Source: Solirubrobacteraceae bacterium (lineage in GTDB: Bacteria > Actinomycetota > Thermoleophilia > Solirubrobacterales > Solirubrobacteraceae). Taken from it: a stretch of 64,000 nucleotides of DNA. Of the stretch, positions 21,543-30,284 are shown one piece after another (position 1 is the first letter of the stretch; each line of letters opens with the position of its first letter). The notes below the pieces were generated by a model that did no database searches, was not told the origin of the DNA, and saw only the letters and a list, made by a program, of their open reading frames with translations. The DNA lies in NCBI GenBank assembly GCA_035295205.1, contig DATGJM010000147.1, forward strand, positions 407 to 64,406, in the 5' to 3' direction. The position numbers were made by a program, and so were the translations under genes.

Positions 21543-22216
21543 TCGGCACGCTGATCGTCGAGGACGACTACCACGTCGCCACCATCCACGCCGCATACGT
21601 GCGGAAGGTCCGCGGCTTCGGCGTGGCCGGCCATGCCTCCACGGCGGCCAGCGCTCGCGCGGAGATCCGGCGGCTCTCGCCGGATCTGGTCCTGCTCGAT
21701 CTCTACCTGCCCGACGGCCACGGCCTCGATCTGCTGCGCGAGATCTCCGAGGAGAAGGGCCCGCGGCCGGATTTCCTCGTGATCACCGCCGCGCGCGACA
21801 TGGCCACGGTGCGCGCCGCGATGCAGCTGGGGAGCGTGCACTACCTCGTCAAGCCGTTCAGCTTCGAGCAGCTCGAGGAGCGGCTGCTGGCCTACCGCGA
21901 CCTGCGCGGACGGCTCGAGCGCATCCAGGAGGCAGAGCAGCACGAGGTCGACGCGCTGTACGGCCTGCTCCGGGCGCCGGCGCCTCTGGCCAAGGGGCAG
22001 TCCGGACCGACGATGAGCCGCATCCGCGAGCTGGTCCAGACGGCGCCCGAGGATCTCTCGGCTTCCGAGATCGCCGAGCAGATCGGGATCAGCCGTTCGA
22101 CCGCCCAGCGCTACCTGGCGGAGCTGACCCGCCGGGGCAAGCTCGAGCTGCGCCTTCACTACGGCGCGACCGGCCGCCCGGAGCACCGCTATCGCGTGGC
22201 GCCGGTGCAGGACTGA
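21539..22216 (+). CDS. CitB/DcuR-family response regulator
   Basis: IVEDD, LLDLYLPDGHG, YLVKPF, C-terminal ISRSTAQRYL...YGATGRPEHRY. Confidence 0.92.
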   Translation: MIGTLIVEDDYHVATIHAAYVRKVRGFGVAGHASTAASARAEIRRLSPDLVLLDLYLPDGHGLDLLREISEEKGPRPDFLVITAARDMATVRAAMQLGSVHYLVKPFSFEQLEERLLAYRDLRGRLERIQEAEQHEVDALYGLLRAPAPLAKGQSGPTMSRIRELVQTAPEDLSASEIAEQIGISRSTAQRYLAELTRRGKLELRLHYGATGRPEHRYRVAPVQD

Positions 22217-22439
22217 CTCGGCCGAGAAGCAGCGCCAGATCGCGTTGCACGTCGGCGTCGGTGATCGGTCGCCTCACGTAGACACCCCAGCCGTCGAGCA
22301 CCACCGCGATCGCCCAGGCCACCGAGGCCCAGGCCGGCCATGGATAGCCGGCGCCGGTCACGGCCCAGACGATCCAGAGCACGGCATTCACGATCACACA
22401 GCCGGCCTTCAGACAACGGCGCCGCTTGACGCTTCTCAT
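22089..22439 (-). CDS. 2TM-domain small membrane protein, possibly decayed
   Basis: VNAVLWIVWAVTGAGYPWPAW...RRPITDADVQR is typical of 2TM proteins, but the frame runs about 128 bp into the convergent regulator. Confidence 0.5.
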   Translation of the reverse strand: MRSVKRRRCLKAGCVIVNAVLWIVWAVTGAGYPWPAWASVAWAIAVVLDGWGVYVRRPITDADVQRDLALLLGRVSPAPAPRDSGAPGGRSRRSEGAARACPGGSAPPGSAGRSNG

Positions 22440-22514
22440 GTAGGGAACATCGGGTCGGGCGCGCCGCAACAGATCCGGAGCGCCGACCGGCAGGCGTGAG
22501 GTTTTCTACGGAGG

Positions 22515-22586
22515 TGGCCCGGGCTGGATTCGAACCAGCGCGCGACGGATTATGAGTCCGCTGCTCTACCGCTGAGCTACCGGGCC
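22515..22586 (-). tRNA. tRNA with CAT anticodon, most likely tRNA-Ile2
   Basis: GGCCCGGTAGCTCAGCGGTAGAGCAGCGGACTCATAATCCGTCGCGCGCTGGTTCGAATCCAGCCCGGGCCA folds as a cloverleaf. G1-C72, A73 and GACTCATAATC resemble Ile2 rather than initiator Met. CCA end not fully encoded (ACCT). Confidence 0.93.
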
Positions 22587-22646
22587 GTCTCGGCGGAGCG
22601 ACGCTAGCACCGCCGGCGGCCTGCGCTTTCGATACGCTGCCCGGCG

Positions 22647-22802
22647 ATGTTCGTCCTCGCCGACGCTGCCCTGGGTCAGACGCTGGCCCTGCTCGCGACA
22701 TTCCTCGGCGTCGGCGTGCTCGTGAACTTCCTGGTTCTGTACATCGTGGCCCAGGTTCTGGGCGAGCGGAAGCAGAACCAGGAGTATCGCGACGGAGTCT
22801 GA
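22647..22802 (+). CDS. Small single-pass membrane protein (51 aa; absent from the ORF track)
   Basis: MFVLADAALGQTLALLATFLGVGVLVNFLVLYIVAQVLGERKQNQEYRDGV; GC3-rich codons; TACGCT -10-like hexamer 8 nt upstream. Confidence 0.7.
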   Translation: MFVLADAALGQTLALLATFLGVGVLVNFLVLYIVAQVLGERKQNQEYRDGV

Positions 22803-22854
22803 GGACCTCGCGTAGAAGGAACGGGACCCGGCAGCGTCGAATCTGACGCTGCCC

Positions 22855-23721
22855 ATGAAGCCATCCATCGCCACCGCGGAATCGCCCCAGGGACATCAGG
22901 CTCTCTCCGCCTACATCCGCTCCCGCTTCGACGAGTTCTCCCGCTCGCAGAAGGACGTCGCCCAGTACATCGTCGACCACCTGGACGAGGCCGCATTCCG
23001 GACCGCCGAGGAGCTCGCGCGCCGGGCCAGCACCTCCTCCAGCACGGTCGTGCGCTTCTCGCAGGCGCTCGGCTTCGAGGGCTTCCCCGAGCTCCAGCAG
23101 GCCGCCCGCGACGAGTACAGACGCAGGCCGAACGGGACAGCCGATCCACTGGCCGGGGCCGCGCCGCTGTTCAGCCTCGACCACACCGAGTTCGAGGCCG
23201 CGCTGGCTGCCGACCACGTCAATGTCCAGGACACGGCATACAAGCTGAGCCGGCCCGACATCGAGAAGGCGATCGACGCGATCGTCAGCGCCGAGAAGGT
23301 GCTGATCGGCGGGACCGACCAGATGGCGTTCTTCGCCAGCTACATGCGCCACCTGCTGATGCTGCTCGACCTCAGAGCGGAGATCGTGGCCGGCCCCTCG
23401 CAGGAGGCGCTGGGCCGCCTGAGCCGGATCGACGAGCGCACGCTCGTGATCGGGCTGTCCGCCGGCCGCCCGCATCCGCTGATCACCCGGACGATGAAGC
23501 TCGCGCGCCACCGCAAGGCGGGCACGCTTGCGATCACCGACGCGACGCTGTCCGAGGTCGCGCGGCTGGCCAAGATCCGCCTCTACTACTCGAGTAACAC
23601 CCCCGCGTTCGTGCGCTCGCACACGGCGCTGCTGAGCCTGATCCAGGCCCTGGCCTACGGCGTATACGCCCGCGACGCCCAGCAGTACGACGTGCGCATC
23701 AAGGCGTTCCGGCTGAAATAG
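22855..23721 (+). CDS. MurR/RpiR-family transcriptional regulator (HTH + SIS)
   Basis: SQKDVAQYI, ELARRASTSSSTVVRFSQALGFEGFPEL, SIS motif LAITD..SEVA. Confidence 0.9.
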   Translation: MKPSIATAESPQGHQALSAYIRSRFDEFSRSQKDVAQYIVDHLDEAAFRTAEELARRASTSSSTVVRFSQALGFEGFPELQQAARDEYRRRPNGTADPLAGAAPLFSLDHTEFEAALAADHVNVQDTAYKLSRPDIEKAIDAIVSAEKVLIGGTDQMAFFASYMRHLLMLLDLRAEIVAGPSQEALGRLSRIDERTLVIGLSAGRPHPLITRTMKLARHRKAGTLAITDATLSEVARLAKIRLYYSSNTPAFVRSHTALLSLIQALAYGVYARDAQQYDVRIKAFRLK

Positions 23722-23728
23722 CCGGCTG

Positions 23729-24511
23729 CTAGCGAGGCGCGATCAGCAGCGACTGCAGCGCGCGTCCGACGCGGCCGCGCACGTCGTAGAGCACGCTCTC
23801 GGCCAGTCCGACCCCTTCCGGAGCGATTCTGGTCGTCGCCTGCAGGCAGACCCACTCGCCCACCGGTTCGCGCTCGATGTAGATCGTGAGGTCCGGGTTG
23901 ATGAACATGTACTCGTCCCAGGACAGGCTCGAGCTGATCCCGTTGCCGAAGTCCGCGGCGGCGGCCAGCGTCTGCAGCGGGCTCGGCTCCTCGCCGTCGA
24001 CGACGGGCACACGCAGGCGGAACCACGCGGTCGAGTCGCCGCCGCCGAAATGGCCGCCGACGAACCGGATCTCGACTCCGTCGGGGGCGAACATCGGCCG
24101 GATCTCGGGCATCAGGTCGTTGTAGCGACCGAACTCCGGGGCACGCGGCACGACGCCGAGGCCGGTATCCCGGCCGCGCGAATTGGCCAGGCGCACCGCC
24201 AGAGCCCGCGCGCGCACCACCTCGGTTCCGGTGCCGTCGCGCATCGTCGCCTCGAACAGCTGCACCCGACGCCCAGGGCGCACCACGGCGGCCTCGACCG
24301 AGACCTCGCCGATCGGTATCGGGCGCACGAACTCGAAAGTCACCCGCGCGAAGGAGAGATCCTCGTCGAGGTCGCGCAGGGGTTCGAAGGCCCTCATCAG
24401 GACTGCCGCGGCGGCTCCGCCGTGCTGAGCGTCGGGGTCCCACGGCCCCCGGGTTACGTCGCTTGCTACGAACCGACCACCTTGTCGCTCAAATAGGGCC
24501 TCACTGGACAT
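23729..24511 (-). CDS. Acyl-CoA thioesterase-like (double hotdog) protein
   Basis: [38 protein letters not shown]. Confidence 0.85.
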   Translation of the reverse strand: MSSEALFERQGGRFVASDVTRGPWDPDAQHGGAAAAVLMRAFEPLRDLDEDLSFARVTFEFVRPIPIGEVSVEAAVVRPGRRVQLFEATMRDGTGTEVVRARALAVRLANSRGRDTGLGVVPRAPEFGRYNDLMPEIRPMFAPDGVEIRFVGGHFGGGDSTAWFRLRVPVVDGEEPSPLQTLAAAADFGNGISSSLSWDEYMFINPDLTIYIEREPVGEWVCLQATTRIAPEGVGLAESVLYDVRGRVGRALQSLLIAPR

Positions 24512-24550
24512 GGCGGCGTACGGTACAGCCTGGCTACACTCAGCCTCCGA

Positions 24551-25456
24551 ATGAGCGAGCACCCGCGGACACAGCGCGACGAGGCGACCTTCACCGTAAA
24601 GGCCGGACTGGCCGAGATGCTGAAGGGGGGCGTGATCATGGACGTGGTCACGCCCGAGCAGGCGAAGATCGCCGAGGATGCGGGCGCCGCGGCCGTGATG
24701 GCGCTGGAACGCGTGCCGGCCGACATCCGCCGCGACGGCGGGGTGGCCCGGATGTCCGATCCGGCGATGATCCGGGGCATCCAGGAGGCGGTCTCGATCC
24801 CGGTGATGGCCAAGGCCCGCATCGGCCATTTCGCAGAGGCTCAGGTGCTCGAGGCGCTCGAGGTCGACTACATCGACGAGTCCGAGGTCCTGACGCCGGC
24901 CGACGAGGCCAACCACATCGACAAGTGGGGGTTCAAGATCCCCTTCGTGTGCGGCGCCACCAATCTCGGCGAAGCCCTGCGCCGCATCGGCGAGGGCGCG
25001 GCCATGATCCGCTCGAAGGGTGAGGCGGGCACCGGCGACATCGTCGAGGCGGTCCGGCATCTGCGGGTGATCCGCTCCGAGCTCCGCCGGCTTGCCACAC
25101 TCGACGAGGCCGAGCTGGCGACCGCGGCCAAGGAGCTGCAGTCGCCACTGGCGCTGGTCCGCCAGGTGGCCGCCGACGGGCGCCTGCCCGTGGTGATGTT
25201 CTGCGCCGGCGGGATCGCAACCCCGGCCGACGCCTCCCTGGTCATGCAGCTGGGCGCCGAAGGTGTGTTCGTGGGCTCGGGGATCTTCAAGTCCGAGGAT
25301 CCGGAGCGCCGCGCCCGCGCGATCGTCGAGGCGACCACCCACTTCCAGGACGCCGCCCGGGTGGCCGCGGTCTCGACCGGGCTCGGTCAGCCGATGCTGA
25401 GCCTCGAGAGCTCGAAGCTCGAGCCCGAGAAGCTGCTCGCCTCCCGCGGTTGGTAG
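24551..25456 (+). CDS. pdxS: Pyridoxal 5'-phosphate synthase, lyase subunit
   Basis: [57 protein letters not shown]-terminal RGW. Confidence 0.97.
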   Translation: MSEHPRTQRDEATFTVKAGLAEMLKGGVIMDVVTPEQAKIAEDAGAAAVMALERVPADIRRDGGVARMSDPAMIRGIQEAVSIPVMAKARIGHFAEAQVLEALEVDYIDESEVLTPADEANHIDKWGFKIPFVCGATNLGEALRRIGEGAAMIRSKGEAGTGDIVEAVRHLRVIRSELRRLATLDEAELATAAKELQSPLALVRQVAADGRLPVVMFCAGGIATPADASLVMQLGAEGVFVGSGIFKSEDPERRARAIVEATTHFQDAARVAAVSTGLGQPMLSLESSKLEPEKLLASRGW

Positions 25457-26088
25457 AAGGCTCTGGGAATGGCCGCGATGTTTCGCCGCAGGCGAAGCGC
25501 GCAGACGGCCGCGTAGCGCTCGTAGGCATCCTGGCGCTCCAGGGCGACTTCGAAGCCCACGCGAAGATCATCGAGGCGCTCGGGCACCAGCCTCGCGAGG
25601 TCCGCGTACCCGCGGACCTGGAGGGGCTCGATGGGCTGATCATGCCCGGCGGGGAGTCCACGGTCATGACCCTGGGGATCGAGCGCGAGGGGCTCGCCGA
25701 GCCGATCCGCGAGCTCGTCGGCCGCGGCACGCCAGTTCTCGGCACCTGCGCCGGGCTGATCATGCTCGACCGCAACCATCTCGGCGTGCTCGACGTCGTC
25801 GCCGCCCGGAATGCCTTCGGCCGCCAGCTGCACTCCTTCGAAGCCGATCTCGAGATCGAGGGCATAGAGGGAGGTCCGGTGCACGCGGTGTTCATCCGCG
25901 CGCCATGGGTGGCCGAGCACGGGGCCGGCGTCGAGGTCCTGGCCAGAGTCGACGATCACCCGGTGGCGATCCGCCAGGGCAACGTCGTGGCGATCTCCTT
26001 TCACCCCGAGCTCAGTGGCGAGACCCGCCTACACGAGCTGGCGCTGGCGCTTCAGACGCCGACCGGGCGGCCGGTGCGCGCCACGTAG
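25450..26088 (+). CDS. pdxT: Pyridoxal 5'-phosphate synthase, glutaminase subunit
   Basis: [39 protein letters not shown]. Start uncertain (TTG overlapping the pdxS stop). Confidence 0.93.
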   Translation: MVEGSGNGRDVSPQAKRADGRVALVGILALQGDFEAHAKIIEALGHQPREVRVPADLEGLDGLIMPGGESTVMTLGIEREGLAEPIRELVGRGTPVLGTCAGLIMLDRNHLGVLDVVAARNAFGRQLHSFEADLEIEGIEGGPVHAVFIRAPWVAEHGAGVEVLARVDDHPVAIRQGNVVAISFHPELSGETRLHELALALQTPTGRPVRAT

Positions 26089-26435
26089 TCGCGCAGGTCA
26101 CGCTCGAACTTCTCCCAGTCCGGCTCGGGATCCAGCGGGGACGGCGGGTCCTCGGGCGGCGGGTCGCCGAAGTCCGAGCCGCCACGCGACAGCCACGCTG
26201 CCAGGGCGGCGGTGGCGATCCCTGCGGCATACACGACGACGGCCAGAGCCAGGTGGTGGGTCAGCCAGGCGGCGCCGCCGGCGACATACAGGAACAACGC
26301 CGAGGCGACGAGCCGGTGCAGATCGCCGCCGTGCAGCCCCCGGCGAGGCGCCCGCGCGCGCACGCTGAGCACGATCACGCCCAGAAGCGCGAGGCCCAGC
26401 ACGGCCTTCGACGCGAAACTCACGGACACCGACAT
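26052..26435 (-). CDS. Hypothetical membrane protein
   Basis: Three hydrophobic segments, then a Pro/acidic linker and [12 protein letters not shown] tail. Confidence 0.65.
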   Translation of the reverse strand: MSVSVSFASKAVLGLALLGVIVLSVRARAPRRGLHGGDLHRLVASALFLYVAGGAAWLTHHLALAVVVYAAGIATAALAAWLSRGGSDFGDPPPEDPPSPLDPEPDWEKFERDLRDYVARTGRPVGV

Positions 26436-26475
26436 CGCTACGCCTTATCGGCAGGATAGCTCCGGCGCCAAAGGG

Positions 26476-27078
26476 CTACCTGCGGGTCCCGAGCATGCGA
26501 GCCCCGGTGACCGGCAACGAGCCGGCGGCGATCAGCCGCTCCTCGACATCGCGCAGCGCGAGAGACTCCGTGAAGCGGTACAGATACGGGCCGCGGACCG
26601 TCTCTGTCAGCTCGAACCACGGTTCCAGCGCGAGCCGAAGCTCGCTCAGCGGATGGCAGTGGTGGCGCAGATCGGCGATCACATCGGAGGGCTGCCTTCG
26701 CTCGTGCCCGTCGACGTGCGAGAGCACCCAGCCGGCAGCGCGTTCGTCCACCCGGTCGACGTCGAACTCATCGAGCACGAGTCGCCCACCGGGCTCGATC
26801 AGCTCGGCCAGACGCCGGCAGGAGTCGGGCAGTGGCCTGACGTGGTGCATCGAGACGACCGCCACCGCGGTGTCGAACGGAGCTTCCTCGAGCTCGTGCA
26901 GCTCCACGGCCCGAACGGGCCCATCGGCGGCAGCCGCGGGGTCGATCGCCACCACCTCATACCCGGCCTCGGCCAGGGCGCGGGCCAACTCCCCATCGCC
27001 GGCGCCGACCTCGAGCACCCGCGCCGGCGCCGGCGGGAGCGACTCGAGTACGAAGCCCAGGACGCCCGGGTCCAGCAC
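26476..27078 (-). CDS. Class I SAM-dependent methyltransferase
   Basis: RVLEVGAGDG, VVAIDP, FDTAV...MHHV, PGGRLVLDE. Confidence 0.82.
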   Translation of the reverse strand: MLDPGVLGFVLESLPPAPARVLEVGAGDGELARALAEAGYEVVAIDPAAAADGPVRAVELHELEEAPFDTAVAVVSMHHVRPLPDSCRRLAELIEPGGRLVLDEFDVDRVDERAAGWVLSHVDGHERRQPSDVIADLRHHCHPLSELRLALEPWFELTETVRGPYLYRFTESLALRDVEERLIAAGSLPVTGARMLGTRR

Positions 27079-27082
27079 CCCG

Positions 27083-28648
27083 TCAGACCACGAGCCCGTG
27101 GCGCATCGTGTTCTCGGTCAGCGCCCGGGGTTCGACGAAATGGTGCAGGTAGTCCGGTCCACCAGCCTTGCTGCCCGTGCCCGACAGCCGGTTCCCGCCG
27201 AATGGCTGGCGGCCGACCATCGCGCCGGTGATGCCGCGGTTGACGTAAAGGTTCCCGACAGGGGTGCGGGAGGTCACGTAGCGCACGGTGGCCGGGTCGC
27301 GCGAGAACAGTCCGCCGGTCAGCGCGTAGGGCAACCCATCGACGATGTCGCACGCCTGCTCGACGCTGCGAACGCGCTCGATCGCCAGCAGCGGGCCGAA
27401 GATCTCCTCCCCCAGGACCGCCGAGCCGGGCGGGAGGTCGACGGCCACGGTCGGCGGGCAGAACCACCCCGCGTCCGGGACGTCATCCACCTTCGCCACG
27501 ATCCGTCCCTCTCGGGCCGCCACCTCTCCATAGCGCAGCACGCGCTCCTGGGCCTCGGCCTCGATCACGGCGGGCACATCGCTGGTCAGGTCGCTGGCCT
27601 GTCCGACCACGAGCACCTTCGCGGCCCCGGCGACGCGCTCGATCAGCTGGTCGGCGATCGCCTCGTGCGCGAGCACGCGGGCCGCGGCCGAGCACTTCTG
27701 CCCGGCGTAGCCAAAGGCCGAATAGACGATCCCGGGCACGGCCTCGTCGAGGTCGGCGTCGGAATCGACGATCACGCAGTTCTTGCCACCGAGCTCCGCG
27801 ACCACCCGCTTGATCGTCAACTGACCGGGCTGGGTGTCGGCGGCCGTGCGCACGATCTCGAGCCCGACCGGCAACGACCCCGTGAAGGCGATCGTCGCCA
27901 CCCCGGGATGGCGCACCAGGGCCGCGCCCACATCGCCGAACCCGGGCAACAGGGCGATGGCGTCCCGCGGCACGCCCCCGGCACGCAGCGCCTGGACGAT
28001 CATCAGGGCGCAGGCCGGAGACTGCTCGGCCGGCTTCAGGATCGCCGTGTTCCCGGTGGCGAGCGCGGCCGCGGTCATCCCGCAGGCGATGGCGATCGGG
28101 AAGTTCCACGGGGCGATCACGCCGACGACGCCCCGCGGGACGTAGCGCAGCTCGTTGCGCTCGCCGGGCACCTGCACGAGCTCGGGACCGCGCTCCAAGT
28201 CGATCGCGCCGCGGGCGTAGTACTCGAGAAAATCGATTGCCTCACACACGTCGCCGTCCGCCTCCCGCCAGGGCTTGGCGCATTCCCGGACCTCGAGCGC
28301 GGTCAGCTCGAGCCGGCGCTCGCGCATCCATGCCGCGGCTTCACGCAGAGCCGCCGCCCGCTCGGCCGCCGGCTTCGAGCTCCAGGGACGAAAGCCGCGC
28401 TCGGCTGCGGCCACGGCGGCGTCGACATCGGCCTCCGAGGCGCGCGCCGACCAGGCGACGAGCCGCTCGGGATCTCCGGGGTCCGTGCTAGGGAAATCCT
28501 CACCCCGGCGCTCCTGGCCGGCGATGATCACCGGAACGTGCAGCGGCAGCTTGCGGTCGAGGGCTCCGAGCGCCTCGGACAGGCCGGCGCGCGCTGAGCT
28601 GCGGCGGAGCTCGAGGATGGGCTCGTTGGCAAACGGCGGCAGGGCCAC
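27083..28648 (-). CDS. pruA: Delta-1-pyrroline-5-carboxylate dehydrogenase (PutA C-terminal-type)
   Basis: PFANEP, EAIDFLEYYA, IAPWNFP, FTGS, ELGGKN, FGYAGQKCSA, EEIFGP, GNLYVNRGITGAMVGRQPFGG, KAGGPDYL. Confidence 0.92.
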   Translation of the reverse strand: MALPPFANEPILELRRSSARAGLSEALGALDRKLPLHVPVIIAGQERRGEDFPSTDPGDPERLVAWSARASEADVDAAVAAAERGFRPWSSKPAAERAAALREAAAWMRERRLELTALEVRECAKPWREADGDVCEAIDFLEYYARGAIDLERGPELVQVPGERNELRYVPRGVVGVIAPWNFPIAIACGMTAAALATGNTAILKPAEQSPACALMIVQALRAGGVPRDAIALLPGFGDVGAALVRHPGVATIAFTGSLPVGLEIVRTAADTQPGQLTIKRVVAELGGKNCVIVDSDADLDEAVPGIVYSAFGYAGQKCSAAARVLAHEAIADQLIERVAGAAKVLVVGQASDLTSDVPAVIEAEAQERVLRYGEVAAREGRIVAKVDDVPDAGWFCPPTVAVDLPPGSAVLGEEIFGPLLAIERVRSVEQACDIVDGLPYALTGGLFSRDPATVRYVTSRTPVGNLYVNRGITGAMVGRQPFGGNRLSGTGSKAGGPDYLHHFVEPRALTENTMRHGLVV

Positions 28649-28676
28649 GGCCGCCAGCCTAGCGGTTAGCAGAGCC

Positions 28677-30188
28677 CTAGAGCCCGCGGCGTCCGAGCAC
28701 GTGGGCGACCGTGCGCAGGATGATCTTCACGTCGGTCCAGAGCGACCAGTTGGCGGCGTACAGGTAGTCGGTCTTGACCATCTCACCGAGCGGCGGCCGG
28801 TGCGGGCCGAGCACCTGCCACGGACCCGTCATCCCCGGGGCGAGCTGCAGCCGCGCGCGGTGGCGCCCCTCGACCAGGCGGTCCTCGTCACTGATCAGCG
28901 GACGGGGTCCGACGAGGCTCATCTCTCCCCGCAGCACGTTGACCAGCTGCGGCAGCTCGTCGATCGAGGTGCGGCGCAGCCAGCGCCCGACCCGCGTCAC
29001 CCGCGGATCCTCGCTCATCTTGAACACGCCGCTGGTCTCGTTGCGCTCGGCCAGCGCGGCCCGCTCGGCGTGGGCGCCGTCGACCATGCTCCGGAACTTG
29101 AGCATCCGGAACGGGCGTGCGTCGCGTCCGACGCGCCGCTGGCAGTAGAACACCGGACCCGGGGAGTCGAGCTTGATGGCGAGCGCGGCCAGCGCGCCCA
29201 GCGGCGCGAGCACGATCAGCCCGGTCAGGGCGCCGGCGATGTCCATCAGCCGCTTGACCGCCTGTGAGGAGCGGGTGAGGCCGGCCCGCCGGACCCCGAG
29301 CAGCGTCACGCCGCCCACCGAGTCGAACTCGACCGCGGAGCCGATCACCTCGAACAGGCGGGGGATGATCGAGACCTTCACCCCCAGGCCGGTGGTGCGA
29401 CGCACGGCCTCGAGCATCAGCTCCGAATCCGCGCTCGTGGGCAGCAGCATCACCCGGTCGATCTGCTGATCGCGTACGACCGCCTCGAGATCGTCGAACC
29501 CGAGCGAGCGCCGGCGGCGGGAATGCCCGATCCACCCTCGGTCGTCCCGGCGCTCGTCCTCGAGCGGCAGGAACCCGGCGACCTCGACGTGGGCGCCGGG
29601 ATCGCAGGCGATCGACCGAGCCACGCTGGCGCGGGCTGCGGCGCTCCCGACGATCAGCGCCCGCTCGGCGGGCGCCGAGAGCTGGCCGAGCGTGCGCGCG
29701 CTCAGCCGCAGGACCACGAGCAGAGCCGCGGTGGAGCCCCACAGCACGACTGCCTCGCCTCCCCCGAGCCCGCCGTGCAGCTGCGCGACGAAGGCCACCA
29801 GCGACCAGGCGAGTGTGAATGCGCCCGCCAGGGTCAGCAGCGACGGGATCTCGTCCAGCGTCGACTTGCGGAGCACCACGTCGTCGTGGTCGTAGCGCCC
29901 GTTGGCCTTCGCGATCACGACGATCAGCGGCACGCACAGCAGTCCGGCTGCCGAGAGACGGCTGCGGCTGACCGCAGCGAGGACCGCCAGGCCGCCGGTT
30001 GCCGCGCAGATGTCGGCCGCGGCCAGCAGCCGCCTGAACATCGCGTCGCGGGGGTTCGGGATCGAGGGCTGATCGAGGGCCATCGCAGCCGCCACCGCCG
30101 GCCGCAGAGCCTGCGGATCAGGAGCCGTGGCGTCGGCGCGCACGGCCTGGCCAGCCAGCGCTGGCTGGAGTGTCGTTGCTTCGTTCAC
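28677..30188 (-). CDS. Polyprenyl-phosphate sugar phosphotransferase (WcaJ/CpsE type)
   Basis: N-terminal TMs, CoA-binding-like middle part, KRLMDI, IKLDSPGPV, KFRSM, DPRVTRVG..LRRTSIDELPQ, GEMSLVGPRP, PGMTG. Confidence 0.9.
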   Translation of the reverse strand: MNEATTLQPALAGQAVRADATAPDPQALRPAVAAAMALDQPSIPNPRDAMFRRLLAAADICAATGGLAVLAAVSRSRLSAAGLLCVPLIVVIAKANGRYDHDDVVLRKSTLDEIPSLLTLAGAFTLAWSLVAFVAQLHGGLGGGEAVVLWGSTAALLVVLRLSARTLGQLSAPAERALIVGSAAARASVARSIACDPGAHVEVAGFLPLEDERRDDRGWIGHSRRRRSLGFDDLEAVVRDQQIDRVMLLPTSADSELMLEAVRRTTGLGVKVSIIPRLFEVIGSAVEFDSVGGVTLLGVRRAGLTRSSQAVKRLMDIAGALTGLIVLAPLGALAALAIKLDSPGPVFYCQRRVGRDARPFRMLKFRSMVDGAHAERAALAERNETSGVFKMSEDPRVTRVGRWLRRTSIDELPQLVNVLRGEMSLVGPRPLISDEDRLVEGRHRARLQLAPGMTGPWQVLGPHRPPLGEMVKTDYLYAANWSLWTDVKIILRTVAHVLGRRGL

Positions 30189-30284
30189 CCTGCTTTCCCG
30201 TGCCGCCGCGGCTGGCCTGGAATTCCGGCCGCGATGGGTGAGTCACGTTAACCTACTGCTGCGTCGGTTCGCAAATGGGAACCG

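Noticed and set aside
16171-22586. tRNA-anchored genomic island
   Set aside because: No integrase, and I found no second copy of the tRNA 3' end by eye; composition looks like the rest of the window.
22515-22586. tRNA-Met (initiator or elongator)
   Set aside because: Paired G1-C72 and no run of three G-C pairs in the anticodon stem argue against initiator; the overall pattern fits Ile2 better, though elongator Met cannot be fully excluded without a covariance model.
26495-28597. Long antisense or alternate-frame ORFs (also 54187-56385, 49019-50788, 33738-35393, 5649-7217, 42990-44666)
   Set aside because: Shadow ORFs expected in high-GC DNA; they overlap well-supported genes and carry no recognisable motifs.
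30238-30253. CRP-like site upstream of the sugar transferase
   Set aside because: Only one half-site resembles TGTGA-N6-TCACA; too weak to call.
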